From: Psammoneis japonica
Lineage: Eukaryota
DNA length: 64,000 nt
Assembly: GCA_008632985.1 (NCBI GenBank)
Contig: QPGO01000251.1
Span: 1 to 64,000 of the forward strand
Direction of reading: 5' to 3'
Part shown: one piece after another, positions 25,876 to 39,050 of the stretch
Layout of the letters: the number at the start of each line of letters is the position of its first letter
How positions within the stretch are numbered: the first letter of the stretch is position 1
Program-made: the position numbers and the translations under genes
Notes under the pieces: generated by a model
Database searches by the model: none
Told to the model about the DNA's origin: nothing
The model's input: only the letters and a program-made list of their open reading frames with translations

Positions 25876-28800
25876 CTATTTATCGATCGCGGCATCGCCT
25901 GAAAACATTCTGTTCCAGATGTTGTCTCCGTCCTTCACTGATCTACCTTGTTGCGGCGAAGAAAATGGCTCGCCGCACAAATCCTCGGACTTACGTGCAT
26001 CCATGATTCGCAGCAAAGACCCAGAGAGTTCCGACCGAATACCACTCTCCATTCCACGAAGTAGCGACCGACGGAGGTATGTCAAAAGGTTTGGAGACAC
26101 CTTGCGGGAGCGCGCCCAGAGTGCGAGCATGGGCAAACAGTGATGGGGGTCCGTGCTTTCAACGAGGATATCGATTAACTCAATCTCAGCATCAGTTGGT
26201 TTCAACGTGTCGCGACATCGATGCGACGACATGAGCAAAGAAAAGAGCTCATCCGAGAACACGAACGATTGTCGGGACGAAACTAGCGGGTTCTTGGCCA
26301 TGCAATCATACAAACGAAGTGTCGTTCGCAACCTGGGAATATCAATGCCTGATGGGGCCAAAGCAGCTACATTAACTGATGCACGTGAAATTGATCGAAG
26401 ATGAGACAATACCTGTAGCAGCAACTCGTCCTCTTTGGGAAACGCGTCGTCCTGTATCATTTCTCCGGCTAACAATCACACACAAACAAGAATGCAATGA
26501 GGATTCGATGCTGCTTGAAAGTGCCAAGCCTCGACCAGCACTCCTTACCAATCTCTAGTGCTATATCGAATTCTCCGGTTCTCATGCTTAAGTTAAGGAG
26601 GAAAGTCAAATCGCGAAAATACAGTTGGTGGTCACTGGAAGTTGTCGAAGCAACACCGATGAAATTGTCCCTTCGTTTGTCACTTGAAGTCTTGGTTGTG
26701 GAGTCATCGTCATCAGTATCCAAAGGAACCATAGACATGGTGCACCATTCCTAATGAAAAATGCCAGCGACAACAACAAAATGAGAAAAATACTAGAGGC
26801 CTCGGTAATTCCAAACCGTGAGGCAAAATTCGCACCTCGACTAAAGCAGGATCGCGCCTCGCCCCTTCGTGACCCTCCACTGGATGCATTAACAACGAGA
26901 GATAACGGTAGTACAGAGCTTCCAAAGGCTGCTCTTCGGATCTTTCCTTTTCGGCGTTCTCTTGGTCCAGTTCCGGTGTGTCCTCGAGCAAAGCAGAGCG
27001 GACCTGCCAAGGTCTCAAGTCTGGAAACGCAGACGCGCAGAGCGTAAGCAGACGAAGGATGTCGTCGGCATTCATGTCCTTCCTCACATTGCGCAAATTC
27101 CTTAGAAGCGCAGAAAGCGTTGTCTGCAAGGAAAGAAGATCATCACAAAGTGAGAACAAGCCAGAGGAGACTTTATAAATAACAAATGGCCGCCTCCATG
27201 TAACGCACAGGTTCGTACAGCAACAAACCAGACGTCTTCGATAACGCCTTCATTGCATCCTGGTGGCATGGATCATGTTTTGCTACCCTGAGCAACGACT
27301 TCACGACCCTATCAGCTCCGACCACCGCTGCACAGGCAAGGCATGTGTGCAACGTTAGGTAGACTCCGTAATGGTCAACAAAATTGGCTGCGTCCTTCTC
27401 CGTGAAAGTTTCAGAAGTAGTCGCCGACGGCGGGCCTTGAAGCTTCGGAAGCAGCACCTGGGTGAGGTAAATCGTAGCCAAATAGCACCTGTGGGGTAGC
27501 AGGACGACGATGCAAATAAGCCCGGACGTCGAAAACAGGAAAACAAGTTGATTGAAAGTACTTACGTCTCTTCCCTCGTCTCAGAATCAAGCTCCATGTC
27601 TTCAATTCTCTCTTGGAGGCTTTTGCTCTTCTTGGAAGACGGGAGATTCCCTGTGCTCTCGCTGTCCAGAGTTAGACTGTCTTCCGATAGTGCTTGGCTG
27701 TAGCTTGATATCGTATGCGAATCACCGACGACTGTCCTTGACCGAGGCCACAGAATTCGACGTTGCTCTCGCGGCAGGGGACGAAATGACTTCAACCATG
27801 CTGGCAGCGCTTCGTTTGCCACAAATTGAGTAGCCAATCGAACGTTACGATCGAGGTGTGACTGCTTCGACTTCACGAAAGAAGGCAAACTTGATTTCAA
27901 CGGTCCGTGATCCAATGAGCCCTGCGAAACAATTTGATCCGGCATTACGCTCGCAAGATTTGTCGTCAAATCGAACAAGACAGATGTAACCTCTGCTGGA
28001 GGCAAAGCCAAGGGTCTCTTTTTCTTTGTTATTATTCTTGACATTTGCGCACCAAATAGAAGACTTCCAAGTTCGATTGACATGGCGGTATCCAGATTAG
28101 TAGTAGCTGCATTCTTTGACTCACGCGAATCTGCATCGACTTCTTCTCGGTCCGGGTCGACTTCTCTTGCAGCCTGTTGCAACGTCTCGATTACTTGCCG
28201 GCGCCAGATTTCATCGTGAGCAGCAAGGCCAAGAAGCATGTCGTCACCATCCATTCCGTCAAGAAGTTCATCAGAAATGCTAGACCCCGCACTGGCGACA
28301 CTAGACGAACAACTTTCTTTATTGGATTCTGCGCGAGACGTTGTTTCCAGCAAGTGCTTCCGTCGACTACTTGCTCTGCTTCTTAGGCTTATCTGAGAAT
28401 TCCACTTTCGAAATGATCGATTATCGCTCCCTTTATCACGGTCTTCCATGCTATAGAACAAGGCCTTTGCTCCCTCCATGGCACGTTGACCGTTTTCCAA
28501 CATTTCCGCCAGTGTAAACACTGCATCGTAACTCCCTTGAGTTGAATCGAGAGATATCACAGTAGGCCGCAAGAGATCTGAACAGTGATCTTCTGATGCA
28601 AAGAAGGTGCTCGTCAGCCTTTGTCTTTCCCATTCGCGGCCTTTGGCAACTTGCAATGCCATCTGCGGATATCCGGTGAGTGGCTCAATCATCTTGTTCA
28701 TAGGATCGTTCTGTTTTCGTTTTGGTGTTGCCACTACTGGCTCGTCTATTTTCTCCTTCCTACCAATTACTTCCTTACCATTAGAAACATGATCCAATAT

Positions 28801-29810
28801 GGGTAAACCACTCAAGTTGTCTACCATTGGGACATCTCTGGCATGAAGTTTGAGATCGAGAACATGTCGGTTGCCGAATCCGCTGAGGATGCCTTTTTCA
28901 GCATCTGGGCCTCCCTTTTGTTCAACACTGCTAAACCTTGACCCGCTGCAAATCTTAGGTGTACCATCCTCTGGTAAGATGATCCATTTAGTGGAGTGCT
29001 CAAAGGTTTTAGCCCTTCGACCAACTGGTTCAGAGGCATGTTTACCAACGACACGTTATCAACAGACAAAAGGACATCTCCACGTTGAATCAGCCCTGTC
29101 AATTGTGCGGGTGAAGCACGGCCATCTGAAAGAGCATTAAGCCCTTCTACAATGACTTTACCACCGACGCTGTAGAAAACAACGAAAAGCAAGAAATAGT
29201 TGAATTATGAGCAGGTCCACCTGTCAGGGTCATGCACAGGGATTCCAACAAAGTTGAGACAACGTAACAACACGTACATTGTCAATTTCATCCCTAAGGC
29301 AACATCTCCATACTGTTCAAGGGTCTGTTGTGGCTCTTCTACTGAGGTACTTTCCTCTGGATTTTTCGGTGTCGTCGCGGTATTGTCAACATAGAATTTT
29401 GCAGAATCATCTGACTGCGCCTTCATGGATTCTAAGACTGACAATGGCGATTTTGGGCGTACGGATACTTCTTTCTTTCTAATGGCACGCCTTTGTAATT
29501 CTGTTTCGAATTGATGAGGAGGCAGCCGCGAACATCTTGGTATAGTGGCATCGTCTTCAATGTTCACCGCCCACACATGTCTGCCCCGCTTCTTCACCTT
29601 TCGACTCGTTGTGCCCGTGCTGTGTCCTGTACTCTTTGCAGGTGCGTATTTGTCACTACCAGTATTAACATATCTATCACCATCTCCTTTGGGTTCCTCT
29701 TCTTCCGTGGAAGGCGTCGATGCTTCCTGAGGATTGACTCCTTCCCTTTCTGACATGGAGTTTGTCTCGCCACTCACCGCGGCCGAATTCATACCGCTAG
29801 TTTCAGCCAT
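25876..29810 (-). CDS. Large multi-exon protein with an N-terminal PDZ domain
   Basis: YGDVALGMKL / VGGKVIVEGL..DGRASPAQLTGLIQRGDVLLSVDNVSL is PDZ-like. A chain of minus-strand ORFs runs to the stop at 25876. Exon structure and frameshifts are not fully resolved. Confidence 0.7.
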
Positions 29811-30509
29811 TTCGGCCGAAAATTCTTCAGTAAATATGACAAAACCTTGCTACTGCTGCATAAAGTGTGGTACTATCAATGCAAAAGGAGACAATCCGTG
29901 AATGCTGAATGCTGTTGATACAGTACAACAGCCAGCACAAGACGTTGCCAGACGCCGGACGCCGAATTTTCCGAAGAGAATGAGAAGGCGAAGTAGGGGA
30001 CGACTCTGGACAGCATCTGTCCAATTCAGTTCTGTCCTCCAGTGCGTTTCTGGTGTTGCAATGGCAATTTTTTGATGCTACGTACGTGCGAAAAATGAGA
30101 AGAGTCTGTCCAGCGTTCACCGAAAACTCCCTACGCACTGATTAACGGGCTGTTTGGTACCAATTCTACGCAAGATTCTTTGGACAGAAGCGGTCCAGAT
30201 CCGTAGCGCCCACGTCCCACATCCACATCCCTCATTCATTCGAGCCAACTCGATTATGTTGGTGTTGTTTGTTGGTCAATGTGCTGCGTGCTACAGCTTC
30301 AGTTTGTTTGATAAGCACTCGTTTCTCCCTCCTCTGTTTGCTCTGGTGATCCGGAAATCGGTTGCTGCAGCCAGGCTGTCATTTGTGGAAATGCACTTTT
30401 TTTCACCTGTACATATCGCAGTAGCATCTGAAAAGACAGAGTGAAATCAATGCGAGAGCAAGAACGTGTGAGTTACTGGTGCGCGGTGGTCTTTCCGCGT
30501 TGATTGACC

Positions 30510-30937
30510 AGGCACTCCCTGCCCCATTCATTGACATCGTGAAACTGCCCAGCCATGCATATGCGATCGAGGACGGCCAGTATTGCCATTTTTGAAGAAC
30601 AAAGACCTACTTGGCCACTCGTGACCGTCAACTCCAGCATATCTACTTCTACCAGACCATCAATAAACATGCTGATTTGTTGAGAACCAAACTTGTTGGA
30701 TATGTCGATGCATGGGATAAACAACATGGCACATATAGCAATGGTGCTACTGTGGATAGTCAGCCCAATCCCATGTTGGCGGCACATACGCGATTCTCAG
30801 ATTGTGCTAAGGATGATCGGCAGTGCAACAAGGGAGTTTGGAAGACACTGGATATACAGATTGTTGGAAATGAGTCCTTCGGATATGATTCTATCGAAAG
30901 AGATCTGTTTTCGTGTCGAATCACTTCGGTCTATTGA
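30510..30937 (+). pseudogene. Possible decayed coding fragment
   Basis: Protein-like frame (ALPAPFIDIVKLP...F*RTKTYLATRDRQLQHIYFYQ...) with one internal TGA; no family recognised. Confidence 0.2.
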
Positions 30938-31758
30938 TGCGGCTTGTATCTCAGTGAAAGAGGCTGCCGTACTGTAGGTCATTAAATCGATGTGGTAACG
31001 AAGGAACGACTCAAATTACTATGCTGTTATTCCTTGAAGACTGCAGTGAGCGTGCGCGGGGATATATAAATATCACTGATTTCTTGCTTCGAGACAAATC
31101 ATCGTTGGTGATAACCGATTCAAATTGATTTTTCCTAATCAAGAAAATGTTAAGTGCTCTCATTGATGACGAGAACCTGATGTCTCCGAGCTACCCGGCC
31201 ATCTAAGAAACTTGAGGGCGCACTCCAGTATTTCCCGGGTTACGATCAGAGGTCTCCGGGGTTCTCAAGGTCGTTGGATCGAAGGATCTCTCGTACAGTG
31301 CAACGTCGTAGGAATCGACAAGGAGAACTCTCACTCTTGATAGAAGTAGCTTCCGGTTGAAAATAGCTTGGGTTGCGGTTCTCCTCCCTCCGGGTGCTGG
31401 CCTTCCATTCTCTGGAGTCGGTAGAGATATCGGAAGCAAGTCCTGGTAGAATGCATATAGGTGAAGAGTTTGAGATATCGGGAATCGGCTAGCTAGAGTC
31501 AACTTATGGTAGGTCGTTGGATACCGGTAGATCCGATGGCGCGCATTCAAAGTACGGCTCAGCTACTTCATTCTCTCGGTAGACATCACTATCGATCGAT
31601 CGAATACATCCAGCTCGTCAGTTCGAGAGAGGCTGAAGTGCGCAACGGAGCATTCCATTAAAGATGAGATACCGTTTCGAGTGCCATGGAAGTGGATCAG
31701 CACAACGGTATTGCAACTACACCTCTCTAAAGTTTCTTACTTCTACGACAGACTCTAG

Positions 31759-33434
31759 CTAGATGCCTGCGCCACCTTGGCGACCCATGTGCGCATAAAA
31801 CGCAGAATCCTCCTCACTTGTTTTTCGCTTCTTTACCACATTCTCTTCGTACCGTTCTCGACGTTTCTGCGATTTGTTCAGCGCGCTAATCTTCTCTTCA
31901 TATGTTGTGCCCCGTGACCGTTGCAACAATGGCACATACGCCATCTCTCTCGCTCCCAACGGGTCTGCCTCAAGCTTTCTTTTTTCCATCCAAGTAAGGG
32001 CTTCTCCCCATGTAACTAAAGAACTCGAGGATAACGTAGAGGTACTCGTTGAATTTTGCATATCTCTATCGCCAACATCGTTCTTAGAGCTGAATTGCCT
32101 TTGCTTCTTCTTGCGTTCTTGGAGCCTCGCCTCAACAAATGACTGGACATCTTCATTGGTGACAGACTCGTTTCTCAGGTCCTGGATGCTGTTTCGAACA
32201 CGTGCAGCGGCTAAAGCTAACTCCTCCCATTGCTGCTCCAACTGACAAGTAACTTTCCACAAGTTCTCAACGTTGAATCCGAATTTGAGATTTGGATAAC
32301 CACAAGCATGTAAAACCAAGGGTCGTTCGTCTGCAAGGTGGTAACTCGGCTTTCCGGGATTCTCCTCGACGTTCAATAACTCCTTGATAATCGATGGGCT
32401 TTCCAACCCTTGGCCCACGAGAAACAAGACGCTCGCAATGCATCGGATCTGATGCCACAGAAACGCTTGCCCTTTTATCTCTAAATAGCACACGTCATTA
32501 TTCTGCTGGCCACTAGAAGGCAATACAATATCAGCAGAGAGTATTTCTCGCTCAAAATTGTAAACTTTCTCCACGTCCATTTTGCAGAAATTACGAAAGT
32601 CGTGTTTTCCGATCATCAACTTGAGAGCTTCTTCCATCTTTTCGATGTTTAAACTCCTGCGCACAAAAAAGTATCTGTAGGTACGAGTACTCGCTGAGAA
32701 TCGAGCTGAAAACTCTTCTGATACAGGCGACCATCCAAGGATCCGAATGGTGCCAGGCAAAACATTGTTGAGAATCTTGGCGTAGGAGTATTCCGTGATT
32801 GTTTTCTTTATTCTGGGTCCGTCTCCCTTTTTGGGGGGCACCCAAATCGTGATTTTGTCGAGAGAATTGCGTGGCAACCTGTCGTTGTCTACTAGCAATT
32901 GACCTTCTTCGTCCCATGAAGCTTCCTGATGAATAGCACTTTTCAGTTGGAACGCGACTACTTGCCCAGCCGCACTCACTCCTTTATCTGTCCGACCACA
33001 ACGTGAATATCCACTTGACGCTCGTGACTGAACCAATCTCGTCTTCATGAGCGCTTCAAAAAGTGCCTTCTCAACTGATTGATCGCTCTCCATCCCTACA
33101 TTTTGAGCTAGCCCGGTGTAATTGCCGCCGTCGTAGTAAAACTTTAGCGCCACGTGCCTGGTTCTATAAGGAGCGAGATCAGTGGTACGGGATTGATTTG
33201 CCTTCTTCTTATCTGGAGAGGTCGACTCTGAACTTTTAGGGCTTTTCTCCCCGCCGCGCTTTCCGGCTTTGCTAACTCTGTGAGCACCGACTGGTATGCT
33301 GACTTGACACTTTCTGGCGACACCACCTTTGTTTCCAACAGGTGATTCAACAGTTGCAACGGTGATGGCACGTCATCGTCCTTTCCGTTTGCGGACAAAC
33401 CCAACTCCACAATCAGAGAGTGATATTGAGTCAT
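31759..33434 (-). CDS. PUS3: tRNA pseudouridine(38/39) synthase, TruA family (PUS3/DEG1-like); apparent frameshift near 33170
   Basis: RHVALKFYYDG..Y.GLA, YSRCGRTDKGVSAAGQV, FSARFS..RTYRY, GKHDFRNFCKMD, GQAFLWHQIRCI. Confidence 0.9.
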
Positions 33435-33857
33435 GCTTGCTAGAGGAGAGACTTGGGACGTGGCAAGCAGCAGAAGATACCGTAAAGAGATAAGGCGATG
33501 AGCGATGATATAGAAGTAGTAAGCGACGCCCCACGCACTGGCCTCTCACTAACTGAATAACACCGGTCTCAGAAAGTTGGAGGGCAGCAGGGTACAGCCA
33601 AGCTGTTGTCTGTCTTGTCAATACAGACTGTACCAGTATTGTGCTTCGTGTGTGGCGCGGCGTTGGCATCAGTGTGCTTTCGCGCGAGAAATCGCACGCA
33701 GTGTAAGTTTATGAAATTTTGAAACAGGATTTCTCCCTCCGAGCTCTAACAATAGTGAACCGGTTTCGTTTCTCGCTCATGTAACCCTATTGTACATACA
33801 ATTCATTACTTCGAATTATCGCAGTACTGTAGAGTCAAACCATAAAACATAGAGGCT

Positions 33858-34981
33858 TTAATCCGTCCAATCGATGCGAATCGGTCTACCAAGCAAGTTT
33901 TTCCCGTTCAACGTTGCTCCTTTGTCGCAGGCTTCCGAATTCCAGAACTCAACAAAACCACTTATCGGGAAAGCACAGAGAATGGGTAAGACGAGGCCAC
34001 CATCCGAAAGAAAAATGCTAACATTGAAGAAACTTACCAACCCTTAAAGTCCCCTGTATCCTTGTGATGCAACCACCGAACTGCTTTCACTTCCGCGTCT
34101 ACGTTGGCAAAGAACTTCGTGATTGCATCGTCGTCAATGTCATACGAAAGGTTCCCAATAAAAAGCTTTACGCAGTTTTCTGGCTTGGCACTCATGGCTT
34201 TCACTCCACTACCACCGGCTTGCCCTCCACCACTTACAACTTTTTTCTCTGGCGGCCAAACATCTCCGGGACGAGAAGGAGCAAAGTTGATCTTGATCGG
34301 TCTTCCCATGAGCTGTGAACCCGCCTTGGCAACAGCTTCGGCAGCACTAGCGGTCGTATCCATTTCACAAAATGCTGAACCATAAAATTTTCCGGTTTCT
34401 TTGTCCGTGATCCATTTGATGTGCGTGACATTTCCGGGAAGAAATGCTCCCAAGCTCGATTCATCAACAGCAAACGGAAGGTTACCTAAGAAAAGACGTG
34501 TAATGCCTTGAGGGTTACCTTTGCAAGGCTTACGATCAGCTTCGCCACCATCTTCTTCATCTGATTTTTTAGGTCGAACTACCGTATCATCATTTTCGGC
34601 GTCCTCCTGTTTAGCTTCGTCGAAGTCGTGATTTTCTTTCGGCGTGTCGTCGTCCTGCTTCTTTCTCTTTTTCTTCTTGTGTTTTTCTTCTTTGTCTGCC
34701 TTTCTCTTCTTCTTCTTTTTTAATGTAACAATACCATCTTCGCTTAAAGATACGAGTCCCTCCTCTTCAAGAGCCTGAAAACTCTTCTTGAATTGCTTCT
34801 TTGCTTTTTTGTCTGTTTCATCATGTTGAAGTGACAGCAGCGCCACCTTTCGCAACTTCTTCACGGGTAGCGATCTCTTTTTTGTAGGAGTAGAACCATC
34901 CTCTTCGACTTGAGCTCCTTGTAACGAGGATATGATGGTGCTCTTCCAATCGACAGTACCATTTCCATTCTCTCCACCCAT
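33858..34981 (-). CDS. Nucleolin/NSR1-like protein with Lys-rich region and two RRMs; intron 33961-34037
   Basis: RLFLGNLPF...FYGSAFCEM and KLFIGNLSY...FKGCGFVEF after splicing. Start taken at MGGENG because the upstream ORF extension lies in TA-poor non-coding DNA. Confidence 0.88.
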
Positions 34982-36124
34982 TGCATCGCAGTGATTTTGG
35001 CAACAGATAAGATGTCGGCGTGACGCGTGACGATGGCTTCTTCTTTCGTTGTGATCCGATTTGTGGACATGGTCGTGTGGACCAAGGTGCGCGGATTGGT
35101 GATGCGATTCAATGTGCGAGAGTTGCACGATGGAAGGACGAACGCATCGCATCAGGTTGCTTGTTAGCTTGTTAGCTTGGCTCTGCCATGCCGTAGATGA
35201 GTTAGGACAGGGCCCGCTCCACAGCCACCACTCTAGAACAGATGCCTCCAAATCCAAAGCTAGCTTAGAACCGGTGCTTCCCAGTGTGTTTGTCTGTCCT
35301 GGTGTGAAGACTTCCTCCTCTCTCCAAGCTGGAAGTGGAAACACACAGAGCTGAAGATGGGACGAAATTTCAACCAAAAGAAGGCAGCGCCCTGACTGTG
35401 GGGTGGGAGCTGGGTGCTTCGAGCAAGAAATTGCTTGGAAATGTTGATGCTGAATGTTGTTTTTTCCTTCTTGGCACCTCAACTTGCTGGTGCAGAGTGC
35501 ACCAAAAAGGAGCCACTTGATTGTGGCTCTCAAATTGTGGCTCCAACAAGCTGCCAGAAAGTGAGAGCAGCAAACACCTCAAGATCGAAGAAAGACAGCC
35601 CTTCTTTTTGTTGACCCTGCCAGCAGCAGAGAGACTCTGACATTTTCTGGAAGCAAGACAACAACCCTTGGTGGCATCACAACAAGAACATGCTGCTGAT
35701 TCAACACTCTGGAAACACCCCAGATGAAGCTCTGAATGAGCAAACTCACTTGGCACACCCAAGCACAGAGCTTTGAAAATGTCCGCTGTGCCAAGGACAG
35801 AGTTGCAGCACACAATTGAGTTTGCATTTTTCTCTCATTGTGCTTCTTTGCCAACCAGAGTGGATTTGTTGCAAATCAAATTTTTGCAACAATGTGTGGG
35901 AGCAACTGCGCTTCACACATGGACACGATCAACGCAAGCAAGCAATGTCTCTGGCCGCAATGACACCCACACAATTTTTCTGGAGAATGGACAAAAGCAA
36001 TTCTGGCAAACTTGACTTCTTTCTTTGTGCCTTTGCCATTTTCCTTGTTGTTGTTTTCTTGTTTTTCTTGACAAGCTGTGACACAAGCCATGGGGCCTTG
36101 TGTGCTCTGGCTTCATTTGCCCAG

Positions 36125-36690
36125 CACTTGATGCTGTTGACAACACCCTGAATTGCAGCCAGTTGTTTGATGTTTGACTCACCTCAGCTCATTGATGTTT
36201 GCTCAATGCTTGATGCTGCAAATGATGTCCTGATGACTTGCTGTTGTTTGCTTGAAGCTTGACACTGATGACAACACCCGAACTCATCTCTGCTTGCCCA
36301 ATGCCTGGCACTGTTGACAACACCCCAACTCCTTGCTGTTTGCCCGGTGCTTGTGCAGCACTGGCACAGCACCTCAACATTGATGACACCCCCACTCATT
36401 GCTGTTTGCCTGATGCTCAATGCCGTTGACGATGCCCTGGCTCATGACCACCATTTGCCAGACACTCGATGCTGTTGACAATGCCCCAGCTTCTTGTTGC
36501 TGTTTGCCTCTGACACTTGGTGCTGTTGAAGATGCCCCAACTCCTTGCCATTTGCTTGGTGCTTCTTGACAGTGCTGACAATGCCCCAGCTCATTGCTGT
36601 TTGTGCCTGGTGCTTGGTGCCATTGACAATGCCTGACATTGATGACACTGGGGCCAGTTGCCATTTGCCTGATGCTTGGTGCCACTGGTG
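36125..36690 (+). repeat. Degenerate ~48-bp minisatellite, about 11 units
   Basis: Approximate consensus TGCTGTTGACAATGCCCCAGCTCATTGCTGTTTGCCTGATGCTTGA. Units differ largely by TG/CA/CG alternation. Confidence 0.8.
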
Positions 36691-38249
36691 CCAGACAAAA
36701 CATGCTCAGATCTTGCGCACCCAGGCTGTTCAATGATGCATCCAAACCTCACAAACCTTGCCACTCAATGACATTTCTGTTGCTCTTGGTTGCAAATGAC
36801 AGCACTGGAGAGGGTGCTTCATTCATTGGGCAAAATGACCCAAGTCTTTGACAAGAACTGCTGGTTCTTGTTGCTTTTTTCAAGGCTTTCAGCAGAGGCA
36901 GTGATGCAAAAAGCACAAGGGGGTGCCCTCAGGAGGACAAACTTTTCTCAGATCCATGCTGTTGGTTGACAAGGTCTTGTCCAGCAAAAATTTTCCTTTG
37001 GGTTGTTGCCCCCACACTGTGAGCCCACCAGAGAGCTTGCTCAAAACAACAAGCAACAGATGTGGCAGATCTGCACTGCCATCAATGAAAGACCCAGCCC
37101 AACCAAACCCACCCAAAAAACATGCCCATCATTCTCACCCATCAGCCTTGCCCCTGCCTGGTCATGCATGTTGTTGGCATCTGGTCTGAGCTTGCAACAA
37201 GACAAAATGACACTCTGAACATTTGCTTTGTGAGCATCACTCTCATTGTCATGAAACCACTGCAATTGACAGAGCAAGAGACTGTCAATGCAAATGATGT
37301 GAGAGCCTCTCCCTCATGTCATTTGCATGCTCAAAGGGCAGTTTCAGCATTCTGACAAAACAGCAAAGCAAACAGTCTCTGTCTCCAGGGGAATCATCAA
37401 AGTGGCACATCTGAATGTCAGCATCACCAGGAAGCCACACACTGAGGCATAAAATGCTGAACAAATCCTCAGACATGGCCAGAGCTCATGTTGAGATTTT
37501 CTTCTGTCTGCAAAGGCAGCAACATCAATTTCTTTTTGTTCAGCCACATTTGGAGCTGCCAAGTGGTCAAGGATCCTGCACCCAAATCTTCAAGAATGTG
37601 AGCCCACTCAGGAGGCCAGCTTGGAGTTTTGCAAAATCTTCATGGAGCAGCTTCATGCACCCCATCATGTTGAAGCAACATCTTCTCTCATTCATGACAC
37701 ACCTTCTTGTCTGCAAGGCCCCACCACTCTGACTTGAGGTGCTCTTTTCAGCATCAATCTTGACATGCACTTTTCCTCAACATCATGAAGGGGCAGCCAC
37801 ACTCAGCAGCACAGATGGCACAAGAAACCCAGGGACTTTGACAGAAAGAATGAGGTGGACAAAGACCACATGATGAACATTTGTGTCATGTTGGCAGCAA
37901 CAAACAGTGCAACACAAGAGGGCTCTCACCAGTGCTCACCAAGATGTTGCCACCCTTGAGAGGGAGATGTGACATGAGCTCCTTTTGTCCACCAATGACA
38001 CACCTTCCATGCCGCATCTGGTGGTGCCTGCACAGCCTGTTTGCAGCTGCAATGAAATCATCCCCTTGTGCTCCGTGCAGTTTTTGAATGTGTGCCTTGC
38101 AACACCCACAAAACTCACTGCTGCCATTGCAGCCACACCTCAAAATGGGAGCTTTTTCTCATGCTGATGATGCTGCTCTTGTGGCCAAAGCTTCTGCAAA
38201 AGCCAGCCATTGGAAGATGAAGCTTCTGATTGGCCCCTTCACAGTCTGG

Positions 38250-39050
38250 AAGACTGCTGCAGTTGTGCTTTTGGACCAGCTTCCAATGTGCTCATCAGAC
38301 AAAGTGGAAAACCCCATGACCTTGTGCTGGAGCTTTGCTGTGTGCTCTCTCTCTTTCCCATTTCTCTTGTTTGGTGCCCAAATGTCTGGTTTGGTTGCTG
38401 GCAAATCTGGGCACAAAAGTGCTTCTTGAGGTCTGGCAGAGACATGCTCTAGTTTCCTTTTGGCGTGGGGGGCTGTGCTTGGAGCACTTCATTTTGTGCT
38501 TGGCTGACAGCAAGTGGTGCAAAAGAAGATGGGAGCATCAAAAATGCCACAGCCAGTTGCCCCCTGCATGCTGCCAGGGCTGTCTTTTCTGACTGTGTTC
38601 CACATCTTGTCAGTTGGGCTCCTTGTGATCTTCCATGTCTTGCCAGCTTGGCTCCCTTGTCCTCTTTCTCTTCTTTTTTTTGCCTTTCTGCTCAACAAGC
38701 TCTGGAGTGCTGCTGTGGCTGTGCTTTTGGACCAGCTCCTGTTGCTCATCAGACAAAGCAGCAAATTCTGTGTTGTTCTTGTGTTGGAACCTTGTCCACC
38801 TTTTCCCATTTTTCTTGTCCATCTCAGTCCACTGTTCTGGCACAAACATGTCTGGACACAAGTGCTCTTCTTGAGGTCCATCAGAGACATTCTCCAACTT
38901 TCTTTCAGCAACCCATGCAAGGGCTCTGGTGCTTGAGGCACTTCCTTAAGGTGACTGGCCAACAGCAAGTGTGGTGCCCCAAAGATGGGAGTGTCAACCC
39001 ATGTGGGATGTTGGGTCTGGCATGCCAGGGTTCTCTTTTCCAGCAGCTGC
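38250..39050 (+). repeat. Diverged tandem duplication with ~455-bp period (38255-38600 vs 38708-39050)
   Basis: Colinear shared anchors: TGTGCTTTTGGACCAGCT, GCTCATCAGACAAAG, CTTCTTGAGGTC, ACAGCAAGTG, AAGATGGGAG, TGCCAGGG. Confidence 0.75.

Noticed and set aside
31203..31550. 115-aa minus-strand ORF
   Set aside because: Non-ATG start, no motif and no splice support.
34982..35533. N-terminal extension of the 499-aa RRM ORF
   Set aside because: It runs into TpA-poor DNA where stops are missing and the translation is not protein-like; MGGENG at 34981 is the more plausible start.
36125..36690. CRISPR array
   Set aside because: Units are degenerate along their whole length with no constant repeat plus unique spacer, there are no cas genes, and the context is eukaryotic.
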